DNA of 57,200 nucleotides, the filler included, from Candidatus Desantisbacteria bacterium CG1_02_49_89 (GTDB lineage: Bacteria > Desantisbacteria > UBA1551), in assembly GCA_001871075.1 (NCBI GenBank). It is 4 parts of 4 records of this genome, joined end to end, with 100 filler letters (N's around TTAATTAATTAA, not from the genome) between each part and the next. Parts side by side here need not be neighbours in the genome. Positions count along the whole stretch, not along the records: positions 14,006 to 29,618 come from MNUP01000005.1; positions 29,719 to 43,288 come from MNUP01000099.1; 2 more parts are not named here. The stretch is one strand, 5' to 3'. Numbering within the stretch: position 1 is the first letter of the stretch; every line of letters begins with the position of its first letter. Positions 21,466 through 30,023 of the stretch are shown here, in pieces. The notes beneath the pieces are model-generated. The model saw only the letters and a program-made list of their open reading frames with translations, searched no databases and was not told the DNA's origin. The translations under genes were made by a program, and so were the position numbers.

Positions 21466-23451
21466 ATGGAAGAGAAGGGGTGGTTCGGGTTAACGTGGAG
21501 GGCCCTGCTGATAGGGTCGGCGTGCGTTATTTTCTTAAGCATCGCCGCGCCTTTCGCAGACCTGGTTCTGGTTGGCACGTGGATAGCGGGAGCGCACCTT
21601 CCGATAGGCGCGCTTTTCGTGTTCCTGGTAATGGTAGTGGGCATAAACCCGCTGTTAAAGGTAATGAAGGTAGGCCTGAGCAAGTCAGAACTCCTGCTTG
21701 TTTACTGCATGATGCTTGTCGGGGCCGGGATACCCGTGACAGGGTTCACCGAATACCTGATCCCGACAATAGCGTCCCACCAGTATTACGGCACACCTGC
21801 GAACAAATGGATCACCACGTTTTCCGCCAACATACCATCCTGGCTGACGCTCAGCGACAAGGAAGCCATAAGGCAGCTTTACGAGGGGCTTCCTAACGGC
21901 GCCTCCCTGAACTTTATCCAGCTTATGAAGGCTATACCGTGGGGCGTGTGAGTCAAGCCGCTCTTCTACTGGACGCTTTTCGCCCTGGGTATGTACCTTA
22001 CCATGTTCTGCGTGGGCGTCATACTGAGAAAGCAGTGGGTTGAGAACGAAAAGCTTGTTTTCCCCCTTGTGCAGCTTCCGCTTGAAATGGTCAGCACAGA
22101 GGAAGGGAAACTGCCGGGGTTCATACCCGCTTTCTTCAAGAACAAGATAATGTGGCTGGGTTTTATCATCCCTGCCGCCATACACACCATCAACGGCCTC
22201 CACTACTACTTCCCGTTCATCCCGCAGATCAACCTTTTTTTCGACATGACAAAATATTTTTCTGCCAAGCCCTGGAACGCGATAAACCCGCTGTGGATCA
22301 TCATACACTTCAGCGTAATAGGGTTTGTTTACCTGCTTCCGGTGGAACTGTCGTTCAGCCTTTTCTTTTTCTACTGGATCTTCCACTTGCAGGCTGTCAT
22401 AGGCAACATGATGGGTTTCCCCCTGCCTTACACTCAGGGTTACACTGCGCCGATCCGCGCGTTCGCGGCTTACCAGATGACAGGAGCCCTCCTTGTCTTT
22501 ACCATTTTCGGGTTCTGGTCTATGAGGGGGCTGCTGAAGGATATGTGGCGCAGGGCGTTCCAGGGCGCGAAGGACGTGGATGATTCCAACGAACCTGTTT
22601 CATACAGGACAGCGTTCCTGGGCGCGCTTATCGGGCTGCTGGGGTGCTCGATATGGGCGGCTTTTGCCGGGATGAACTTCCTGTTCTTTCTGGTTGCGAT
22701 AATCCTGTTCTTCCTCACGTTTATAGGGATGACAAGGCTCGTTTCAGAGGGAGGAATGCTTTTCATCTCGATACCCACGCGTCCCTCCAGTTTTTTCTAC
22801 GCTTTTGCGGGAAGCGCGGTTTTCGGGCCTGTGAACCTGACAATGCTTTCACTCGTCGAATACGTGCTGATGTTCGACATACGCTCAAGCCTTATGCCAA
22901 GCATCATGGACACCTTCAAGATCTCCGACGGCGCGAAGCTGAAGAGAAGGCACCTGACAATAGGGATCGTCGTGGCAGTGCTGCTTTCACTCGTTGTTTC
23001 ATACTGGGCGGTGCTTACGTTCCTTTACAAGGCAGGCGGCGTTAACTGCCAGCAGTGGTTCACTGTGGGGCTTCCGAAGTATTACCTCAGCCGCGTGGAT
23101 GAGCTCATATACAGGCCGCAGAAGGCAAGCGGCAACTACATCATGTCAATGGGTGTGGGGGCCGCGGTAATGGGTTTCCTTTTCTTCATGAGGCGGTCGT
23201 TCCTGTGGTGGCCGTTCCACCCGATAGGGTACGCAATGGGCTGCACCTGGCCCATGCTTCAGCTGTGGTTCTCTATCATGATCGGCTGGGCGGTGAAGTC
23301 CATTATAATGAAGCTGGGAGGATTGAAGATCTACAAGAAGCTTCTGCCCGCGTTCCTGGGCCTGGTGCTGGGCGAGTTCACGACCGCCGCTGTATGGGTT
23401 ATCGTGGATATGTGCACCGGCATCAAGGGCCACCGCATCTTCTTATTCTAA
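21466..23451 (+). pseudogene. Polytopic membrane protein (DUF6785/DUF6784-like, putative transporter) interrupted by in-frame TGA at 21949-21951
   Basis: Two ORFs in the same frame separated by one stop (AIPWGV*VKPLFYW); QW..NEKL.FPL and WWPFHPIGY motifs; GGAGG before 21466. Confidence 0.72.
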
Positions 23452-23527
23452 AATATTAACCACAGAGGCACGGAGACACAGAGAAATACATTTTTCCTGA
23501 AAATCTTAAGCTGCATCTTCACATCTA

Positions 23528-23564
23528 CCCTCTCCCCTTGCGGGAGAGGGTGGGGGTGAGGGGG
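23528..23564. repeat. REP-like palindrome (CCCTCTCCC...GGGAGAGGG family)
   Basis: Related copies at about 29834-29882 and 48640-48679. Confidence 0.7.
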
Positions 23565-23601
23565 ACATATAAGGAAATTTTATTTATTTGTTTTAATAAT
23601 T

Positions 23602-25302
23602 TTGTTTCTTGCAACGTTTTGCATGCAGAAAAAAACTTGCGCGGACACATACTCGATCTGGGACATTGAAAAGATACGCTCCGCCCCTCTGGACGTTGAG
23701 GTTGTCGAAGAGCAGAAGGCCGGCAGGGTAGTGGTGCGCACGCTTTATTTCACAAGCGATGCCAATGAAACCCGGACCTACCGGGTATTCGGCTACTACG
23801 CTTTTCCGAAAGACGCTGGCAAGAAACTGCCTGCGATCCTTTTTGTTCACGGCGGCGGCGGCACAGCTGACAGGAACACGGTTATCCAGAAGGCAAGCCA
23901 GGGTTATGCCTGTTTTTCGCTTGACTGGACAGGCAAGGCGCCCGGAAGGGATAAATACACTGACTGGGCAAAGCAGAGCCTGAACCTCCACGACATAAAA
24001 AAGAGCCCCGAGAAGAATTTCATATACGACGCCGCTGTCGCCGTTATGAGGAGCGTAACGTTCCTCTGTTCCCAGGACGAAGTTGACGCGTCGCGCATAG
24101 GGCTTGAGGGCTGGTCCTGGGGCAGCTACCTGATACTGCTTGTGAACGGTATTGATCCGAGGATCAGGACCTGCGTTGCCGGATACGGGTGCGGGGGTTT
24201 TAAGTTCGAGGATTCAAACTGCTCGCGGGGGGTGAACAGCCAGTCCCTTGCCAGGCGGCAGATGTGGTATGATTTTTATGACCCGCTTGCGTACGCGGGC
24301 AGAAGTTTTGGTTCTGTCCTGATGATAAACCCTACAAACGACGCGTTCTTCTGGCTCAACACGGCTGTAATGAATTTTAACGCTGTCAACACCAGGAAAA
24401 CCCAGATATTCGCCGCGAACCTTGACCATGAAATGGACCCGCGCACCGCAAGCTGCGTGGGGAAATGGTTTGACAGGGAGCTGCGCGGCATAGACCTTGA
24501 ATTTCCGCAGACACCCGCGGTCAAACTGGAAGCAAAAAATAAAAAATTAATACTGCGGGTCGCCGAAGGTTCGGATCTTCGACAGCCGCAGACCGAAGGT
24601 GTTGAGGCATACTGCACGTACGGCGATCCGGGCAGATGGTCCGGCAGGTACTGGTACTTCGTCGCGATGAAAAAAGAAAAGGACAGCTGGGCAGGAGAAC
24701 TGCCTGTCCTTGATATATATGATACTATATCATATATATGCACCTTGTCCGCGCTCAACGGGACCCGTTCCTCTTTCGGCACAGGGGATGTTGTTCCCTC
24801 AGGCAAGGGCATAAAGAAACCCACGGCTCAGTATAAGCCGTTCTCAGAGGATTTTGAGGAAGGGGCAAAGGACTGGCTTGTCGGTAACTACCTGTTCGCG
24901 GACGAGCGCCTGGCAGTCATGGAGGACGATAAGCAAGGGAAGTTCCTGGAGATCCAGGTGCTCAACGCGCAGGGAAAACCCAAGCAGTACGCTGTGCGCA
25001 CGCACAAGTTTGACGGATACCTGCTGGGCAAATTCGGTTATACGGGTTTGAGCTTCAAGGTCAACCACTCCACGATCACCGGCAAGTTCCAGGTTTTGCT
25101 TTATGAAAATGAAAGCCGGAAAAACCAGAGGATCAAGGCCGTTACGATAACAAAGAAGGAAGGCGTTGAATGGGAAGAGGTGAAGGTCCCGTTCTCCGAT
25201 TTCAAGGGCCTTAAACTCGGGCAGGTTGACGCGCTTTGGATCACCGGCGCCTCTGGCTCGTCGCTCTCACCGTCTTTCGACGACTTCGCCGTTTACAAAT
25301 AA
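23602..25302 (+). CDS. Secreted alpha/beta-hydrolase (acetylxylan-esterase-like) with C-terminal carbohydrate-binding-like domain
   Basis: HGGGG oxyanion loop, GWSWG nucleophile elbow, candidate Asp (TND) and His (LDH); true start probably 23569. Confidence 0.75.
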   Translation: MFLATFCMQKKTCADTYSIWDIEKIRSAPLDVEVVEEQKAGRVVVRTLYFTSDANETRTYRVFGYYAFPKDAGKKLPAILFVHGGGGTADRNTVIQKASQGYACFSLDWTGKAPGRDKYTDWAKQSLNLHDIKKSPEKNFIYDAAVAVMRSVTFLCSQDEVDASRIGLEGWSWGSYLILLVNGIDPRIRTCVAGYGCGGFKFEDSNCSRGVNSQSLARRQMWYDFYDPLAYAGRSFGSVLMINPTNDAFFWLNTAVMNFNAVNTRKTQIFAANLDHEMDPRTASCVGKWFDRELRGIDLEFPQTPAVKLEAKNKKLILRVAEGSDLRQPQTEGVEAYCTYGDPGRWSGRYWYFVAMKKEKDSWAGELPVLDIYDTISYICTLSALNGTRSSFGTGDVVPSGKGIKKPTAQYKPFSEDFEEGAKDWLVGNYLFADERLAVMEDDKQGKFLEIQVLNAQGKPKQYAVRTHKFDGYLLGKFGYTGLSFKVNHSTITGKFQVLLYENESRKNQRIKAVTITKKEGVEWEEVKVPFSDFKGLKLGQVDALWITGASGSSLSPSFDDFAVYK

Positions 25303-25505
25303 CAGATTTCCACGAAAGCACGAAAGTACCACGAAATCACGAAAAAAGATTAGGTTTCGAAGACAAAAACGTAGGGCAAACCTTTTCGAAGACCCCCGCC
25401 CAGCAAGATTGGCGGGCAAGCTGCCGATCTTTATGGAGGGAGGTTTGCAGAATTAAAGTAGAAACTGTGTTCACCTGTGTTCACCTGTGGTTAAATGGAG
25501 GGTTC

Positions 25506-26126
25506 ATGAAGAAAGCGATATTGTTTTTAATGTTAACGCTTGCTATGGTCTATGGACTATGGTCTATGGACTGCCTCTCTGCCGAGAGGGCTGAAAAGGT
25601 GCTGTTCTCCGATGATTTCACAAAGGACAGCGGCAAGTGGGAAGTGTACGCGGGAGACTGGGAGATCCAGAAAGGCGAGTACGTTGCCACAGAAGTGGGC
25701 GAGGGGATGGCTGTTGCCGGAGACGAGAACTGGAAAAATTACGCTTATGAGGTAAAATTCAGGACGGACGAGCCGGGTACGGATTCCTGGCTTACTTCCT
25801 GGGTTGTTTTCAGGGTCGCGGACCCGGATAACTGGTATTTTGTCCTTCTGCACCACGGCAATAATTTCATTGAAATGGGCAAAAGGTTCAACGGCCAGCA
25901 CGTTTCCTGGCTGCAGGGCATAAACGACAAGGAAGTGGCAGACCCGCTTAAATGGCAAAAGATGAGGATCGAGTGCAAAGGAGCGAACATAAAGGTATTT
26001 ATTGACGGTAAGAATTATCTTGATTTTACCGATCCGGAACCCATTGAGAACGGGAAGGTCGGCATAAAGAACACAAACTGCACCTGCAGGATAGACGACG
26101 TCAAGGTTACCGAACTGCCCAAATAA
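25506..26126 (+). CDS. Secreted DUF1080/LamG-like beta-sandwich protein
   Basis: GGAGG then MKKAILF signal peptide; FSDDF, W.NY..EV, W..MRIE..G..IKVFIDG, GKVG, IDDVKV. Confidence 0.75.
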   Translation: MKKAILFLMLTLAMVYGLWSMDCLSAERAEKVLFSDDFTKDSGKWEVYAGDWEIQKGEYVATEVGEGMAVAGDENWKNYAYEVKFRTDEPGTDSWLTSWVVFRVADPDNWYFVLLHHGNNFIEMGKRFNGQHVSWLQGINDKEVADPLKWQKMRIECKGANIKVFIDGKNYLDFTDPEPIENGKVGIKNTNCTCRIDDVKVTELPK

Positions 26127-26257
26127 AACCAAAGTAGATAAGTTGATAAGTGGATATGTGGATAAGTAATTCCTCTGTTTCCCCCTTTGAAAAAGGGGGA
26201 CTGATGGGGATTTGGTAGCCGCAGGCTTCAGCCTGCGTGAATGTTTGTCATTGCAAC

Positions 26258-26286
26258 TTGACAAAAAGTAAGATTTATGATATAAT
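26258..26286 (+). promoter_or_regulatory. Consensus sigma70 promoter of TA operon
   Basis: TTGACA-17 nt-TATAAT, followed by TAATAGTAAGGA direct repeats. Confidence 0.8.
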
Positions 26287-26321
26287 AGTAAGGAAGTTAA
26301 ATTAATAGTAAGGAGCAAGAT

Positions 26322-26600
26322 ATGGCTGAAGCAACTATCACTTCAAAAGGTCAGGTAACTATACCGAAATCCGTAAGGGACGCGCTTAATTTAAAATCAA
26401 AAGACAAAATTGTCTTTGTGCCGCTTGGCGACCACGCGGTAATGCGCCCGCTGAAAGGGAATGTCCTTGACTTAAGGGGCTCTGTGAAACATAAGGGCGG
26501 ACCCATAGATTTCAGGAAACTGCGCGCTGATATGGAAAGCGAGATCGCAAAAGACGCGGTGAATGAAATGGGGAATAAGTATGCGCCTCGTAGACGCTAA
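26322..26600 (+). CDS. AbrB/MazE-family antitoxin
   Basis: ITSKGQVTIPKSVRDALNL; overlaps downstream PIN gene. Confidence 0.92.
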   Translation: MAEATITSKGQVTIPKSVRDALNLKSKDKIVFVPLGDHAVMRPLKGNVLDLRGSVKHKGGPIDFRKLRADMESEIAKDAVNEMGNKYAPRRR

Positions 26601-26982
26601 CGTTATTTTGCGGCTTATTCTTGAAGACGACAGAAAGAAAGCCGATGATTGCGAGCGCCTGCTGCAAAGAGCCGTTGACGGCAAAGAGAAACTTTTTATT
26701 TCCGATTTTGTCATTGCCGAGATAGTATGGGTGCTTGAAAGGACTTACAGGCTTGCCAGGAAAGACATAAGGCCCAAGATTGAAGGTATCTGTAATACGC
26801 CGAACCTTGTTTTCCAGAACAAACATATTCTGCAGGAAGCGATAAGCATATATGAAGAAGCGAACATAGACTTCATTGACGCCTTCCATTCTGCCTGGAT
26901 AAAACACAATGGTATGGAAGGAGTTTTCTCATACGACGAACATTTTGATAAAGTCCCGGGTATTGGCAGGAAAGAACCGTAA
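26581..26982 (+). CDS. vapC: PIN-domain (VapC-like) toxin
   Basis: VDANVILR, AEIVWVL, DFIDA, SYDEHFD. Confidence 0.88.
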   Translation: MRLVDANVILRLILEDDRKKADDCERLLQRAVDGKEKLFISDFVIAEIVWVLERTYRLARKDIRPKIEGICNTPNLVFQNKHILQEAISIYEEANIDFIDAFHSAWIKHNGMEGVFSYDEHFDKVPGIGRKEP

Positions 26983-26984
26983 GT

Positions 26985-27230
26985 ATGAACCCCGTCCCAC
27001 CTACGAGGTGGTACAGGCATAATTACGTAGGGGCGGGCTTCGTAGATCCCCGCCAAACCGACTGGCGGGCAAGCTGCCTATCTTGGTGGTGGATGCCCGC
27101 CCTTGTAGCCTGCCCTTCGAAGCCCGAAGGGCGTAGCAGGACGGTCGGATTTACCCGACTTGATTATGTCATTGCGAGAAACGCAGTGACGAAGCAATCT
27201 GTTTTGTAGTGGCAGAGCTTGCTCTGCCAT
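26985..27230. repeat. Cluster of GTAG-type REP-like palindromes
   Basis: GTAGGGGCGGGC..GCCCGCCC, GCCCTTCG..CGAAGGGC, GTCATTGCGAG half-element, GTAGTGGCAGAGC..GCTCTGCCA. Confidence 0.7.
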
Positions 27231-27413
27231 TGTATCGGTCGAGAGCCTGTTTTTATGTAACTCAGACCTTTCCGCTCTGATTTTACATCAGAGCGAGACT
27301 TCGCAAAAGAAGAGCGGGTCTGATGGTTTAATTGGATGTCACAATTTGTGACATCCAAATAGTATCTTGTTTTACGATGCATTGCGAAATTAAATTGATG
27401 AGGAAAGTAAAAG

Positions 27414-28427
27414 ATGGGAAAAACATTAGACACAGATAAAGGATATAACAAATTTATCAATGAAATAATAGCCGAGATAAAACGCTCCCGTCATAAAGCA
27501 TATCAAATAATCAACAAACAGACGGTTGATGTGTATTTATTTATCGGCAGGAATATCTATGAGAAAGTTGAAATTGCTAAATGGGGTGAGGGGACCGTTG
27601 AGAGATTATCAAATGATTTACAAAAGGCATTTCCTGATATGAAAGGATTTTCAAAAGAAAATTTATGGAGGATGAAGAAGCTTTTTGAGACTTACAAAGA
27701 TTGTCCAAAACTGTCACCACTGGTGACAGAATTAAGCTGGTCTCATAATTTGACAATCTTATTTCAAACAAAGAGCATAGAAGAAAGAGAATTTTACCTT
27801 AAGACTTGTGTCAATGAAAAATGGAGCAGAAGAGAATTAGAGAGACAGATTGATTCATCCCTTTATGAACGTTTTATATTGTCAAAGAAGACAGTCGGTT
27901 TGATATTAAAGACAGGAGAGATTCAACCTGAATCGCAATTTAAAGATGATTATATGCTTGATTTTCTTGGGTTGAAAAATAAATTTTCAGAAAAAGACTT
28001 CAGGGCAGCAATCATCCAGAATCTAAAACAATTTTTTCTTGAGTTTGGTAAATATTTTTCTTTTGTAGGCGAAGAATATACTTTAACTGTCGGAAATGAA
28101 GATTACAAAATTGATTTATTGTTCTATCACAGATTTTTGCAATGTTTAGTTGCTGTTGAATTGAAGATAGGCAAATTTAAGCCAGAATATGTTGGCAAAA
28201 TGCAGTTTTATCTGACTGCCCTTGACGAAAAAATTAGGCTTAATAATGAAAACCCATCGGTTGGGTTAATCCTCTGCAAATCAAAAGATGAAGAAGTAGT
28301 GAGGATAGCTATGGGTAAGGCGATGGCACCAGTGAAGGTTGCCACTTATAAAACAAAAATTATAGATAAGAAGTTATTACAGCAGAAATTACATTCTTTG
28401 CCTTTCCCAAAAGAGAATAAGGATTGA
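27414..28427 (+). CDS. YhcG/DUF1016 PD-(D/E)xK nuclease-domain protein
   Basis: WG..VERLS.DL, GFSKENLWRM, LSWSH, KDDYMLDFL, IDLLFYHR.L.CLVAVELK, GKMQFYL; AT-rich. Confidence 0.92.
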   Translation: MGKTLDTDKGYNKFINEIIAEIKRSRHKAYQIINKQTVDVYLFIGRNIYEKVEIAKWGEGTVERLSNDLQKAFPDMKGFSKENLWRMKKLFETYKDCPKLSPLVTELSWSHNLTILFQTKSIEEREFYLKTCVNEKWSRRELERQIDSSLYERFILSKKTVGLILKTGEIQPESQFKDDYMLDFLGLKNKFSEKDFRAAIIQNLKQFFLEFGKYFSFVGEEYTLTVGNEDYKIDLLFYHRFLQCLVAVELKIGKFKPEYVGKMQFYLTALDEKIRLNNENPSVGLILCKSKDEEVVRIAMGKAMAPVKVATYKTKIIDKKLLQQKLHSLPFPKENKD

Positions 28428-28549
28428 TAACATACTTAAGACCACGGTTTGTAATACCATTTTTTAACGCCATCCGTCAGATTATAACGCCGCCGTCAAA
28501 ACCGAAGCGCCGTATCGGTTTTACAGCTTAAAATAAGGAATAAAAATTA

Positions 28550-29618
28550 ATGAACCATAGAACCAAATTGTTACTTTTCGGTATTGTCATTACCTTTCAA
28601 CTTTTAACGTTCAACGTTCAACTTTTGTATGCTCTGGATACCCGGACCACAGCCGCCGTGGTGGATTTGCAAGCAAAGGAAGGAGTATCTCCCGGCGTAG
28701 CTTCTATGCTTTCCGATTATCTGCGCACCCAGCTTGTGAACACGAATAAATTCGTTATGGTTACCCGCGAGAATATGGAATCTATTCTGAAAGAGCAGCA
28801 GTTCCAGATGACCGGGTGCACGAGCAATGAATGCGTTATAGAAGCAGGGAAACTATTGGGTGTTCGCAAAATATTTTCAGGCTCAATAGGTAAGATCGGC
28901 GGCACGTTCATAATCAGCCTAGGTCTTGTCGATGTCCAATCCGGCCAGATAGAAAGGGCAGAAACAGAACGTTGCGAACAATGTGAAGAAAATGCCCTAC
29001 TGGCTTCAGCAGAAAATATCGCTTACAAAATTACCTCTGTTCCCAAGCCTAAAAAAGAAGAAAAAGGCAAGGGAAAAGGAATAATAAAAGTATCGTCCAC
29101 GCCTGCAGGAGCTGATGTTTATGTCAACGGTGAATTAAAGGGGAAATCTCCGGTTACTGCCGAAGGAAGCGAAGGCAGTAATGAAATCGCTCTTTTCAGG
29201 CAGGGTTATATAACCGTGGTTAAAACCGTTGAATTGAAAGCAGGAGAGGAGAAGGAATTAGCAGTGCCTCTTGAACAGCAGCAAGCGTCTTTGTCTATAC
29301 AAATTGAACCGTCTGGTGTAAAATTAACCATAGATGGTGAGAATAAAGGCATTATTGAGCAGAAAAATTTGCAATATTCTTTGGTTATCGGGAAACACAA
29401 CATATCTGCAGAAAAGGAAAATTATCTGCCATATCAAAAAGATATTACAGTTGAATATCCAAAGACTGAACTACAAATAACACTTTCTCCCAAACCAGGC
29501 AGCCTTCTTGTCATCACCACTCCGGAAGGAGCTAAAATTTCAGTAGATGGAAACTACAAAGGTAATTCACCCTTGATAATAAAGGAGCTCTCCGCAGAAA
29601 CTCACAAAGTAAAGGCAT
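28550..29618 (+). CDS. Secreted CsgG-like plus PEGA-repeat protein (3' cut by contig end)
   Basis: AVVDL, ILKEQQFQMTGC...C.IEAGKLLGV; repeated S.P.GA.V.VDG..KG.SP. Confidence 0.82.
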
Positions 29619-29718
29619 NNNNNNNNNNNNNNNNNNNNNNNNNNNNNNNNNNNNNNNNNNNNTTAATTAATTAANNNNNNNNNNNNNNNNNNNNNNNNNN
29701 NNNNNNNNNNNNNNNNNN
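29619..29718. other. Artificial contig spacer
   Basis: N-run with TTAATTAATTAA. Confidence 0.97.
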
Positions 29719-30023
29719 GATTTTCTGCTCATCTTTTAACACAATAATCTTTTTGTTGGGGATAAGACACACGGTTACTTCTTGCTCCGGAAATCGACCT
29801 ACCTTCCAGATTCTGCCTTCGAGAGTACCCACCCCCCTCACCCTACCCCTCTCCCTCGAGGGGAGAGGATAAAGGAGAGGGTGATTATTACCTGATTTTT
29901 AAACCAGCCAGCCTAAATCAATTTCCCCCAGATAGGTATACTTCTGATTGTTCCCCAGGTATACTTTTGATTATTTCCGCACAGTTTTTTGACAAAACTT
30001 AATAAAAACTTCATTTTTCACTA

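Noticed and set aside
21949-21951. Genome-wide TGA recoding or selenocysteine
   Set aside because: TGA ends other genes normally, the context suggests Trp rather than Cys, and no SECIS-like evidence was recognised.
25236-25505. N-terminal extensions of ORF-track calls (25236, 21382, 52192, 45657, 48669, 39389)
   Set aside because: They run through repeats or other genes; downstream starts have an RBS or fit the family N-terminus better.
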